DNA from: an uncultured Methanosarcinales archaeon
GTDB lineage: Archaea; Nanobdellota; Nanobdellia; Woesearchaeales; DSVV01
DNA: 64,000 bases
Direction: 5' to 3'
Assembly: GCA_964452935.1 (NCBI GenBank)
Contig: CAYVNO010000003.1
Location: 18,163-82,162 of the forward strand
The number at the start of each line of letters is the position of its first letter. Within the stretch, counting starts at the first letter, position 1. Below are positions 47,813 through 57,192 of the stretch, one piece after another. The position numbers and the translations under genes are program-made. The notes below the pieces were generated by a model. The model was not told the DNA's origin and made no database searches. It was given only the letters and a program-made list of their open reading frames with translations.

Positions 47813-48081
47813 ACAAAGTAGAAAACACCACCATTATATATACTTTTCTATTATTATGAACAGATTTATAATATTATTATAACTTTCTATATATGATAAC
47901 GTATGAAGTCTCCTCCATAGCCTCAAAAAACCAAAAAAACAACAAAAAACTAAGGAAAACCAAAAAAACACTCAAAAATCGCCTTAAAACACAAACAACC
48001 AATAAAACACCTCCCAAGACAGCTATTACTATAAACTTATTTTGAATTAACTATATAAATCATACTGAAGTCAGAATTCAC

Positions 48082-49473
48082 ATGGAAAGAAAGCTATTTG
48101 GTACAGACGGAATCAGAGGAAAAACAAACAGATATCCAATGACTGCAGAACTCGCATTAAAGCTTGGAATAGCTGCAGCTAAAGTAATTACAAAGAACAA
48201 TCACAAAAGACATAAAGTAATCATAGGCAAAGACACAAGAATCAGCGGATACATTTTCGAGTACGCTTTAGCCGCAGGATTAACCTCAGCAGGTGTTGAT
48301 GTATATTTTGTCGGACCAATGCCAACCCCTGCAATTGCTCATCTAACCAAATCATTCAGAGCAGACGCAGGAATAGTAATCTCTGCTTCACATAATCCTG
48401 CAGGAGATAACGGAATAAAGTTCTTTTCAGCAGAAGGTTTCAAACTTCCAGATGAAGTTGAATATGAAATAGAACAACTAATCTTAAACAATGATCTTTC
48501 AACAGAAGATCTTCCAATTGAAAAAGCTGGTAAAGCTTACAAAATCCAAGATGCAAAAGGAAGATATATCCAATACGCAAAAGGGACCATGCCTCACTCA
48601 TTATCAAAACTAAAAATTGTTCTAGACTGTGCAAACGGAGCAACTTATAATGTCTCTCCATTAATCCTAAGGGAGCTAGACGCAGACATAGTAACACTAA
48701 ACAACAAACCAGACGGATTAAACATAAACAAAGAATGTGGCTCACTTCATCCAGAAATTCTAAAAGCAGCAGTTCTAGGACACAAAGCAGACATAGGTAT
48801 TGCATTAGATGGAGATGGAGATAGAGTTATATTAGTAGATGAAAAAGGAAATATTGTAGACGGAGATCATATTCTTGCACTCTCAGCAATCCATCTAAAG
48901 AATAAAAACAAACTAAACAAAAACACATTAGTCACAACAGTTATGGCTAACATAGGACTAGACCTTGCTATGAAAAACAACGATATAAATATAATCAAAA
49001 CAAAAGTTGGAGATCGTTATGTAACAGAAGAAATGAAAAAGAACAACTACAATTTAGGAGGAGAACAATCTGGCCACATTATATTCTCAGACTACTCAAC
49101 AACAGGAGACGGAACAATAAGTGCTCTGCAAGTCCTTAAAATAATGAGAGAAACCAATAAACCACTCTCAGAACTAGCTAGCTGTATGAAAAAGTTCCCA
49201 CAGACATTAATTAACGTCAACGTAAAAGAAAAACCAGATGTTAAAACTCTCAAAGCACAAGAACTAATCAAAGAAATAGAAACAAAATTAGCAGAAAAGG
49301 GACGTGTTCTAGTAAGATACTCCGGAACACAAAATAAATGCAGAGTAATGATCGAAGGAGAGAACCAAGAAGATATAAACAATTATGCAAAACAAATAGC
49401 AAATAAAATAAAAGAAGAAATAGGCGAATCTAATTTTGCAAAGCAAAATTCAAATTCACCAGAGGTGAATTAA
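48082..49473 (+). CDS. glmM: Phosphoglucosamine mutase
   Basis: Has the active-site SASHNPAGDNGIKF and the metal site DGDGDR. Length is 463 aa. Confidence 0.9.
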   Translation: MERKLFGTDGIRGKTNRYPMTAELALKLGIAAAKVITKNNHKRHKVIIGKDTRISGYIFEYALAAGLTSAGVDVYFVGPMPTPAIAHLTKSFRADAGIVISASHNPAGDNGIKFFSAEGFKLPDEVEYEIEQLILNNDLSTEDLPIEKAGKAYKIQDAKGRYIQYAKGTMPHSLSKLKIVLDCANGATYNVSPLILRELDADIVTLNNKPDGLNINKECGSLHPEILKAAVLGHKADIGIALDGDGDRVILVDEKGNIVDGDHILALSAIHLKNKNKLNKNTLVTTVMANIGLDLAMKNNDINIIKTKVGDRYVTEEMKKNNYNLGGEQSGHIIFSDYSTTGDGTISALQVLKIMRETNKPLSELASCMKKFPQTLINVNVKEKPDVKTLKAQELIKEIETKLAEKGRVLVRYSGTQNKCRVMIEGENQEDINNYAKQIANKIKEEIGESNFAKQNSNSPEVN

Positions 49474-50660
49474 TGCAAGCAGTACTACTAGCGGCAGGTT
49501 CTTCAACAAGAACACAACCATTAACATTAACAAGACCAAAACCATTACTAAAAGTAGCTAATAAAACCATTCTGAAGCACAACATCGAACAATTAGAAGG
49601 ATTAGTAGAAGAAATAATAATAGTTGTAGGCTACAAAAAGGAAATGATTGAAGAACACCTAAAGAATTACACTAAAACCAAGATTACATTTGTAGAACAA
49701 AAAGAACAACTAGGTACAGCACACGCACTTCTACAAGCAAAAAGTCACATAACACAAAACTTCTTATTCATGGTGGGGGATGATTTATTATCAAAAGAAG
49801 ATTTAACAAAACTTCTGAAATATGACTGGGCAGTTCTTGCAAAAAAAGTAGAAAATCCAGAAAATTTTGGAATCTTTGAGTTAGACGAAGAACAAAACAT
49901 AACAAATGTCGAAGAAAAACCAAATAATCCAAAATCAAACCTAGCAAATACTGCATGTTATATGTTCCAAAAAGAAGTTCTAGAAAATTTAGAAACACTT
50001 CCAAAAACAGAAAGAGGTGAATACGAAGCAACAGACGCATTAAACATAATCGCAAAAACACACAAAGTAAAATGTATTCAAGCACAGAACTGGATCCCAA
50101 TAACATTTCCATGGAGTCTTTTAGAAGCAAACGAATTCCTTCTCTCAAAACTAAAAGGAGAAAACAAAGGAACAATCGAACCAAATACGAGAATAAAAGG
50201 TGAGGTATTTATAGATACTGGCACAATAATAAAATCAGGGGCATATATCAAAGGCCCGGTATACATAGGAAAAAACTGTAACATTGGTCCAAACTGTTAC
50301 ATCCGTCCATCAACAACTATAGGAAATAACTGTAAAGTTGGAAACGCAGTAGAATTAAAAAACTCAATTCTCTTCGACAATACTTCAGTAGGACATCTAT
50401 CCTATGTTGGTGATTCTGTTTTAGGTTATAAAGTAAACTTTGGTGCAGGAACAATAACAGCAAACCTAAGACATGATAATAAAAACGTAAAAACTCCGGT
50501 AAAAGACACAATCATTGACACAGGTAGAAGAAAACTAGGAACAATCATAGGGGATAACGTTCACACAGGCATACACACATCAATATATCCAGGAAGAAAG
50601 CTCTGGCCAAACACATCAACACCACCTGGAGCAATAGTAAATAAAGATGTAACAGAATAA
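49473..50660 (+). CDS. glmU: Bifunctional sugar-1-phosphate nucleotidyltransferase/acetyltransferase (GlmU-like)
   Basis: Has N-terminal LLAAGSSTRTQPLT (NTP-transferase) and C-terminal left-handed beta-helix hexapeptide repeats. Confidence 0.85.
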   Translation: MQAVLLAAGSSTRTQPLTLTRPKPLLKVANKTILKHNIEQLEGLVEEIIIVVGYKKEMIEEHLKNYTKTKITFVEQKEQLGTAHALLQAKSHITQNFLFMVGDDLLSKEDLTKLLKYDWAVLAKKVENPENFGIFELDEEQNITNVEEKPNNPKSNLANTACYMFQKEVLENLETLPKTERGEYEATDALNIIAKTHKVKCIQAQNWIPITFPWSLLEANEFLLSKLKGENKGTIEPNTRIKGEVFIDTGTIIKSGAYIKGPVYIGKNCNIGPNCYIRPSTTIGNNCKVGNAVELKNSILFDNTSVGHLSYVGDSVLGYKVNFGAGTITANLRHDNKNVKTPVKDTIIDTGRRKLGTIIGDNVHTGIHTSIYPGRKLWPNTSTPPGAIVNKDVTE

Positions 50661-50672
50661 AGAGGCAAATAA

Positions 50673-51332
50673 ATGACAATAAAAGCAGTAATATTCGACA
50701 TGGATGGAGTTATAACTAACTCTGAACCTATCCACGAAAAAACATTTGATATGGTTATGGCAGAATATGGTGTAAAAAGAAACAAAGAGTTAAAAGCAGA
50801 AGTTGTAGGCATGCCCGAAAAAATAGAATGGGATCATTATAAAAAGATATTCCAAGAATTAAACGACTCAACAAAAATACTCTACGAAAAAAGAGAAAAA
50901 CTATTTGAAAAATACGCAGATAAAGTAAAACTATTTCCTGGATTCAACAAACTATTCCAAGACATAAAACAAAATGATCTAAAAGTTGCTTTAACAACCT
51001 CAAACACATCACATTACATCAGATGTCAACTACCAAATAAACTCAAAGAATCATTCGATGTTATAGTTAACGCCAACCAGATAAAAGTAGGAAAACCAGA
51101 CCCAGAACCGTACACAAAAACAATTAATAGACTAAAACTAAAACCAGAAGAGTGTGTTGTTATTGAGGATGCAATTAATGGAATTATTTCAGCAAAAGCA
51201 GCAGGAACAAAATGCATTGCAATAACAAACAGCTTTCCAAAAGAAAAACTAGAAAAACATTCCCCAGATTTAATAATAGATTCATTAGAAGAAATAAACA
51301 TTGAAATAATAATAAAACTAGGTGAAGAATAA
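50673..51332 (+). CDS. HAD-superfamily hydrolase (beta-phosphoglucomutase-like)
   Basis: Has FDMDGVITNSE (DxDG), TTSN and VIEDAINGIISAKAAG motifs. Confidence 0.8.
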   Translation: MTIKAVIFDMDGVITNSEPIHEKTFDMVMAEYGVKRNKELKAEVVGMPEKIEWDHYKKIFQELNDSTKILYEKREKLFEKYADKVKLFPGFNKLFQDIKQNDLKVALTTSNTSHYIRCQLPNKLKESFDVIVNANQIKVGKPDPEPYTKTINRLKLKPEECVVIEDAINGIISAKAAGTKCIAITNSFPKEKLEKHSPDLIIDSLEEINIEIIIKLGEE

Positions 51333-53080
51333 TGTGTGGAATTGTAGGAATAAACTCAGAAAAACCATTTTCAATAAAAGATAAACTAATTAAATCACTA
51401 AAAAGATTAGAATATAGGGGATATGATAGTGTAGGTTATGCAGAATTGAATGGAAACTATGACAAAGACATTGGTTATGTAGAAAAATTCAGAAAAACAA
51501 TAGATCCAGAATTAAAGACGACACTGGCAATCTCACATACTCGTTGGGCCACCCATGGCGGAGTAACAAAGATTAACTCCCACCCCCATTTTAACACAGA
51601 CAAAACATTATTCGCTATTCATAACGGGATTATAGAGAACTTCCAAGAAATAAAAAAACAACTCCAAAAAGAAGGCTACAAATTCATCACAGAAACAGAT
51701 TCTGAAATAATTCCACACTACTTTGACAACCAACTAAAGCAAGGAAATGATATAAAAACAGCAATAAATTTCATGAAGGAAATTCATGGAACATTCGCTA
51801 TTCTTTTATTCAAAAAAGATGAACAAACTATCTACGCTCTAAAAAGAGATTCTCCATTAGCACTAGGTGTCTGTAAAGACAAAATGATTCTTGGTTCAGA
51901 TATCTACGCATTCAGTAACGAAACTAACAAAGCAATATTCTTCGACGACAACGAGTTTGCTATTATCAAACCAACTTCATACCAATTCTACAATCAAGAA
52001 GGAAAAGAACTACAAAAACAACCAACAGAATTCAAGTGGAGCTCAGAAGAAGAAACAAAAGACGATTTCCCTCATTATATGATCAAGGAGATAAAAGAAC
52101 AACCAGAAGTAGCACAAAGATTACTAGATTCATTCACAACTACACAAAAATCAAAGATAGAAAAATTCATAGAACTAATAAAACAACATAAAAAAATACT
52201 ATTCTTAGCATGTGGCACTAGCTATCATGCATCATTAATTGGTTCTATTGTTCTTAATAGGCTTGGTTATGATGCAAGATCAATAATCGCATCAGAAGTA
52301 GAAACATTTGTAACATTTAACAAAGACACACTAGTTATAGCTATCTCACAATCTGGAGAAACAATGGATGTCATTGTCCCAATGAAGAGAGCAAAAGCAG
52401 CAGGAGCAAAGATTGTTTCAATAGTAAACGTTCCATTCTCAACCATCCAAAGACATAGTGAAACCTCTTTGGAAATACTTGCAGGACAGGAGATATGCGT
52501 TGCATCAACAAAAGCATTTACAAACCAAGTAATCACACTCTTAGAAATCGCAAGAAGATTAGGTTACAACATAAACTTAACAGATGTTCCTAGAAAAATT
52601 CAACAAACAATCGCACTAAACGAAGGAAAAGTAATAAAACAAGCTGAAAACATAAACAAACATCAAAATATGTTTGTTCTAGGAAGGGGGTTATCCTACC
52701 CTATGGCAAGAGAGATAGCACTAAAATTTAAGGAAATATCATATGTCCACGCAGAAGGAATGATGGGTGGTGAACTAAAGCACGGAACCATTGCACTGAT
52801 TGAAGAAGGAACACCAGTGATCTCATTAATTCCAAACAAAGATCCAGAAATGAGATCAAACTCAAAAGAGGTAGAAGCAAGGGGAGCAAAAATCTACGCA
52901 ATAACAAACACAGACATGAACTCTGGATATGAACAATTCAGAGTCCCAGAATCAGACAACGCAGAATTCGCTATCTATTCATGTATTATCGGCCATCTAT
53001 TGAGCTATTACATAGCCGTTATTAGGGGAAACGAAATAGATCGGCCTCGCAACTTGGCTAAGTGCGTAAGTGTTTTGTAA
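51332..53080 (+). CDS. glmS: Glutamine--fructose-6-phosphate aminotransferase
   Basis: Has an MCGIVG Ntn start and two SIS domains. Length is 582 aa. Confidence 0.95.
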   Translation: MCGIVGINSEKPFSIKDKLIKSLKRLEYRGYDSVGYAELNGNYDKDIGYVEKFRKTIDPELKTTLAISHTRWATHGGVTKINSHPHFNTDKTLFAIHNGIIENFQEIKKQLQKEGYKFITETDSEIIPHYFDNQLKQGNDIKTAINFMKEIHGTFAILLFKKDEQTIYALKRDSPLALGVCKDKMILGSDIYAFSNETNKAIFFDDNEFAIIKPTSYQFYNQEGKELQKQPTEFKWSSEEETKDDFPHYMIKEIKEQPEVAQRLLDSFTTTQKSKIEKFIELIKQHKKILFLACGTSYHASLIGSIVLNRLGYDARSIIASEVETFVTFNKDTLVIAISQSGETMDVIVPMKRAKAAGAKIVSIVNVPFSTIQRHSETSLEILAGQEICVASTKAFTNQVITLLEIARRLGYNINLTDVPRKIQQTIALNEGKVIKQAENINKHQNMFVLGRGLSYPMAREIALKFKEISYVHAEGMMGGELKHGTIALIEEGTPVISLIPNKDPEMRSNSKEVEARGAKIYAITNTDMNSGYEQFRVPESDNAEFAIYSCIIGHLLSYYIAVIRGNEIDRPRNLAKCVSVL

Positions 53081-53271
53081 ATGGCGTATTTTCTGGGTTT
53101 ATCAAAAATGTATCATTTTGGAAAAATTTCCAACAAATCAGGAAATTAGCACTGGACACCTAATGTCCACTGGCCTTAAACCATCAAATTCTACACTCTC
53201 AGCTCTTCTCTGACACCTCATTTTGCACTGGACATGCTGCTGTGAGGCTTATATATAATGAGTTCTTTCTA

Positions 53272-53318
53272 CTTTGCATAGCAAGCGTCTAATAATGTCG
53301 ACTTTAGTTCGGCATTAT
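53272..53318. repeat. Two-hairpin module, copy 3
   Basis: CTTTGC-ata-GCAAG, then ATAATGTCGA-ctttagt-TCGGCATTAT. TTTATAAATA follows. It is the same module as at 41526 and 41639. Confidence 0.7.
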
Positions 53319-53459
53319 TTATAAATACGAAAAAGACACGCAAATCTACTAAATAATATTTTTTGGTCAATAGACACAAAAAATAATTAAGTAGATTCGC
53401 TAGAAGTCTTTTTCTTAAAAAACTCCAAACTTAAGTATTGAAGTTTGGAGGTGTATAAA

Positions 53460-54935
53460 ATGAAATTTAAATCAATAGTTAAAAAAGGAAACAATAAAGG
53501 GGCATGCTTTGTAATTCTTCCAACTAATACAGGTTTAAACAAGAGTGACACTATATTGATTAAAATAAATGATTACAATGTAAAGTTTTATGCTAAAACC
53601 AGAATATATTACAATAAATTGGGTTTTTATATTCCAGCCAATATTGCAATTGATAATAATTTATTTGGAAAAACTTGTATTTTTTCAATTGAAAAAACTG
53701 ATGGTTTTTTTACAAAAACTTCAGATGATGGAAGGATTTATTTACCACAACAAAAAGCTGAAAAATTAAAACTAAAACAAAATGAGATTGTTTTAATTGA
53801 AGCCATAATAAATAAAGAAAAATATTCTGAGTTTTGTCAAGTAAAAATAAGAAAAAAACCTAAAACAACAGAATATTTCTGCATGTTCAACCCAAATATC
53901 ATAAAAAAAGAAGGAGTTTTCAATATTAAATCAATAATATCGAGAAGACAGTTTCATATCCTTATTTTAATAAAACATTTAATTGAAGGATTCAATTATG
54001 GATCTTTAGATAAAAACAAAATTATATTGTATTATGGAAATAGGGTCCCAATTTCAGTCAACACACAGCTTTATCTAAAAGATATTGCTTATTATCTTGG
54101 TTGTTATTTTTCAGACGGAACTAAAAAAGGAAATAGTTGGGGAATATGTGCGTCTACCTTTGAACAGGCTAATTTCTTTATCAAAATGCACAAAGCCCTA
54201 ATTAAAAATCCATTCATAAAAGTTGAACTTACTTATACTGATCCTCATAAAGAAAATGAAGATCTGTTAAGAACAAGATTAAGTAATATTTGGCTGCAAA
54301 AAACTGAGATTAGCATCCTAAAAAAGAAGATTTGGATTTATAAAACAGAAGCAAAAGATGCCCACAACAGGAATAAGTATGGTGCACTTTCTATTAGGGA
54401 ACACAGACAACTTGTTCTTCTGTATTATGTTAGATTATTGAACCACCTGATAAAAATAATTGTAGAAGAAAAAAATATTGAATTGGCTATTGACTTTGTA
54501 TGCGGTGTTCTAGAAGGAGATGGTTGTCCAAGCGCTAAACAAAGAGGACATATTGTGATCTCAAGTAATAAAAAAGAAGTAAAAACATTAATAAAAGTTT
54601 TCAAAGTTCTTAATTTCAATCATAAGGGATATCATGAAAAAGAAAATAAGTGTAGCATCAGGATTGGTTCAACAGAATTAATTGAAAATATATTGTTATT
54701 TAAGGATAAGCTATTCAAATATTATCCTAAGAGAAGGAGAAGAACAATAGACAGATTATTAAGGACAGGAGCCGCTATGTTTTTGATGGGGATATCAACT
54801 ACAACTTCTCATTGGATCCTAAAACGCTTCAGAGAAAAAGAAATCCTGAACAAAGACAACAAACTGACAGCAAAAGGTAAGAAAATCAAGAAAGCATTAC
54901 TAGAGCTAGCTAAGGAAATCAATCTAAACCTTTAA
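53460..54935 (+). CDS. AbrB/SpoVT-like + double LAGLIDADG-like + C-terminal wHTH protein (free-standing)
   Basis: Has N-terminal GRIYLPQQKAEKLKLKQNEIVLIE (swapped-hairpin-like), the motifs IAYYLGCYFSDGTKKG and AIDFVCGVLEGDGCPS, and a C-terminal HWILKRFREKEILNKDNKLTAKG. The start was set at ATG 53460, after GGAGGTG. Confidence 0.6.
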   Translation: MKFKSIVKKGNNKGACFVILPTNTGLNKSDTILIKINDYNVKFYAKTRIYYNKLGFYIPANIAIDNNLFGKTCIFSIEKTDGFFTKTSDDGRIYLPQQKAEKLKLKQNEIVLIEAIINKEKYSEFCQVKIRKKPKTTEYFCMFNPNIIKKEGVFNIKSIISRRQFHILILIKHLIEGFNYGSLDKNKIILYYGNRVPISVNTQLYLKDIAYYLGCYFSDGTKKGNSWGICASTFEQANFFIKMHKALIKNPFIKVELTYTDPHKENEDLLRTRLSNIWLQKTEISILKKKIWIYKTEAKDAHNRNKYGALSIREHRQLVLLYYVRLLNHLIKIIVEEKNIELAIDFVCGVLEGDGCPSAKQRGHIVISSNKKEVKTLIKVFKVLNFNHKGYHEKENKCSIRIGSTELIENILLFKDKLFKYYPKRRRRTIDRLLRTGAAMFLMGISTTTSHWILKRFREKEILNKDNKLTAKGKKIKKALLELAKEINLNL

Positions 54936-54960
54936 ATAAGACCTAATCTATTCTCCATAT

Positions 54961-56073
54961 ATGAAATCACAAATAGCATCAATAGAACTTGCAGCATTAA
55001 TTAAGGAATTAAATAAACTTCTAATAGGTGCAAAAATAGAAAAAATTTACCTAATCCCAGACAAAGAGTTAATTATACAACTTCATATACCAAACACTGG
55101 CAAAAGAGTGCTAAGAATTAACTGTCCAAAATATATGTATCTCTCAGAAACAAAACCAGAAACACCTCAAACACCTCATGGTTTCTGCCAGTTCTTAAGA
55201 AAAAGATTAAAAAATGCCAGAATAAGATCCATTCAACAACTAGATTTCGAAAGAATCTTTGAAATAGAATTCTCAACAAAAGATCACAACTACAAACTAA
55301 TAGTAGAAATGTTTAGTAAAGGTAATATCCTTCTCACAGATACAGAATATCAGATAATTTCTCCATTGGAAATACAGAAGTGGAAAGATAGAACAATTAG
55401 GGCAAAAACAGAATATATTTACCCCAAACAAAAATACAATATTCTAAAATTAACAGAAAATCAACTAAAAACATTATTCAAAGAATCAAAAAAAGAATCT
55501 GTTGTAAAAACATTAGCACTAGACCTAAATTTGGGAGGAGTTTATGCAGAAGAGCTATGTCTAAAAGCAAAGATAGACAAAAATAAGAAAACAGCAACTC
55601 CTCAAATGATCTCAAAAATCTTTGCAGCAATAAAAGAGCTGAGAAAACTAAAAATCTCTCCACATATAATAAAAAACAAAGACATTGTACCTTTTGAATT
55701 AGAATTCTACAAAGACAAGGAATCAACAAAAACAAAATCATATAATCAAGCATTTGATCAAATATTCACAAAGAAGGAAACAGAAAAAGTACTCACAGAC
55801 ACAAAATCAAAACACGAAAAGGAAATAGAAAAATTAAACAAAATCATAAAGAAGCAACAAAAACAAGTCGACAACCTAAAGAAACAATACAAAGACAACA
55901 CAGAAAAAGGAGAAATAATCTACAACAACTATCCACAAATCAAAGATATTCTTGAACAACTAAACATTGTTAGAAAACAGATGACTTGGAAAGAGTTAAA
56001 AGCAAAACTAAAAAATCACAAAGTAATAAAGAAAGTGAATGAAAAGAATTCTGAGATAATTCTGAAGATCTAA
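54961..56073 (+). CDS. NFACT-N domain protein (RqcH/Rqc2/FbpA family), short form
   Basis: The N-terminal ~150 aa (IASIELAALIKELN...KIEKIY...ELIIQLH...LRINCPKYMYL...FCQFLRKRL) match NFACT-N. A K/E-rich coiled coil follows. No NFACT-R region is present. Confidence 0.7.
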   Translation: MKSQIASIELAALIKELNKLLIGAKIEKIYLIPDKELIIQLHIPNTGKRVLRINCPKYMYLSETKPETPQTPHGFCQFLRKRLKNARIRSIQQLDFERIFEIEFSTKDHNYKLIVEMFSKGNILLTDTEYQIISPLEIQKWKDRTIRAKTEYIYPKQKYNILKLTENQLKTLFKESKKESVVKTLALDLNLGGVYAEELCLKAKIDKNKKTATPQMISKIFAAIKELRKLKISPHIIKNKDIVPFELEFYKDKESTKTKSYNQAFDQIFTKKETEKVLTDTKSKHEKEIEKLNKIIKKQQKQVDNLKKQYKDNTEKGEIIYNNYPQIKDILEQLNIVRKQMTWKELKAKLKNHKVIKKVNEKNSEIILKI

Positions 56074-56079
56074 ATTTCT

Positions 56080-56173
56080 GGATGAGAATTGACTGGAGAA
56101 GTGATTTCCATGATTTATTGTGGAAATCTCTTTTCGGAATAGGGCATGCAAAGCATGACCGTATTCGAATCCA
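56080..56173. ncRNA. Unclassified structured RNA-like element, copy A (94 nt; paralog of 17674-17812)
   Basis: Has the same two conserved blocks as copy B. It lies between two convergent genes. AT-rich TATA-like sequence is conserved on its right flank in both copies, which would fit minus-strand transcription. Confidence 0.4.
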
Positions 56174-56211
56174 TCGACTACTAATGAAAAAATAAACAGA
56201 AATAAAAATAT

Positions 56212-57192
56212 CTACTGCCCGCCAAACGCAGGCGGTGTTGGTGGTGGTGTTTTCGGACTAGAACTAAACCATCCCATGATAACATCTTTCTTCCAATAAG
56301 CAACTCCACCTAAGACAGCTAATATTAATAGAATTATCAGTAATAACCATAACCATGCATTACTAGCGCACTCAGCACAAGGTCCTCCACAGTCCACTCC
56401 TTCTTCTCCTTGATTCTGTACCTCATCCCAACATGTTTCTTCTGGTTCACTTGGAGGGGCTACATAACATGGACTACAAGGTCCTCCACAGTCTACTCCT
56501 TCTTCTCCTTGATTCAACAGACCATCAGAACATGTCTCTTGATAAACACAATCTTGACTTAATTCAGGATAAGTACCTTCTGCACTACAATCTCCGATAT
56601 AAATGCACTCTCTTGTCTGTAAATTATCATATCTACAATCACTCCAATCTCCACAATCCCAGTCATGTGCACATCCGCCAGATGACCTAACACCAACTTC
56701 ACATATTCCTACAATGCACACAGATCCTTCTCCACAATCCTCATCAGCATCACAACTATCTCCATCAGAAGAACTTGAGCTGTCACTACCACTATCACTT
56801 GGCGTATCATCATTATTATCAGAACCTGTATCAGACGTATTTGTGTCATTAGTACTGCTACTATCAATGCCCGTACAATCAATATCTAGTTTGGTAATAC
56901 CCATCTTTGCAAATGTTTCTGAACCAACTAATACATCACTAACATAAAATTCAACAGTATCTCCTTCATTTGCACCAGCAGTTTCTGCATCATACACTGG
57001 CACAAATAATAATGTATCATACCCATATTGATTACTAACAACAGAAACAGTCTCTTCATAATCATTAACACTGACCTTTATTTCACTACAATCTCCTGTC
57101 ACATCACCATAAAATTGGTGTCCTATTTCAGGTACAGCACTAACTACACTAACCAAAAATAAGAACATAAAAAAAATAACTAACCTTTTCAT
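56212..57192 (-). CDS. Secreted Cys-rich surface protein with C-terminal TM anchor
   Basis: Has a signal peptide, an S/D/T-rich linker, a duplicated QGEEGVDCGGPC module, a C-terminal hydrophobic helix and a Pro-rich tail. Confidence 0.6.
   Translation of the reverse strand: MKRLVIFFMFLFLVSVVSAVPEIGHQFYGDVTGDCSEIKVSVNDYEETVSVVSNQYGYDTLLFVPVYDAETAGANEGDTVEFYVSDVLVGSETFAKMGITKLDIDCTGIDSSSTNDTNTSDTGSDNNDDTPSDSGSDSSSSSDGDSCDADEDCGEGSVCIVGICEVGVRSSGGCAHDWDCGDWSDCRYDNLQTRECIYIGDCSAEGTYPELSQDCVYQETCSDGLLNQGEEGVDCGGPCSPCYVAPPSEPEETCWDEVQNQGEEGVDCGGPCAECASNAWLWLLLIILLILAVLGGVAYWKKDVIMGWFSSSPKTPPPTPPAFGGQ

Noticed and set aside
53081-53149. 22-codon ORF (MAYFLGLSKMYHFGKISNKSGN) starting right after the glmS stop
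   Set aside because: It has no ribosome-binding site and no recognisable features, and it is too short to support without conservation data.
17674-56173. Copies A and B as att-type direct repeats bounding a 38-kb integrated element
   Set aside because: The interval contains the core ribosomal protein/RNAP block and central biosynthesis genes, and it has no integrase. Two paralogous RNA-like genes is the simpler reading.
56080-56173. Copies A/B as tRNA or 5S rRNA
   Set aside because: TTCGAAT is present but has no complementary T-stem and no acceptor or anticodon arms on either strand. The minus-strand CCCUAUUCCGAA resembles the 5S loop C word, but it is stem-embedded and the arm and loop sizes do not fit the 5S architecture.
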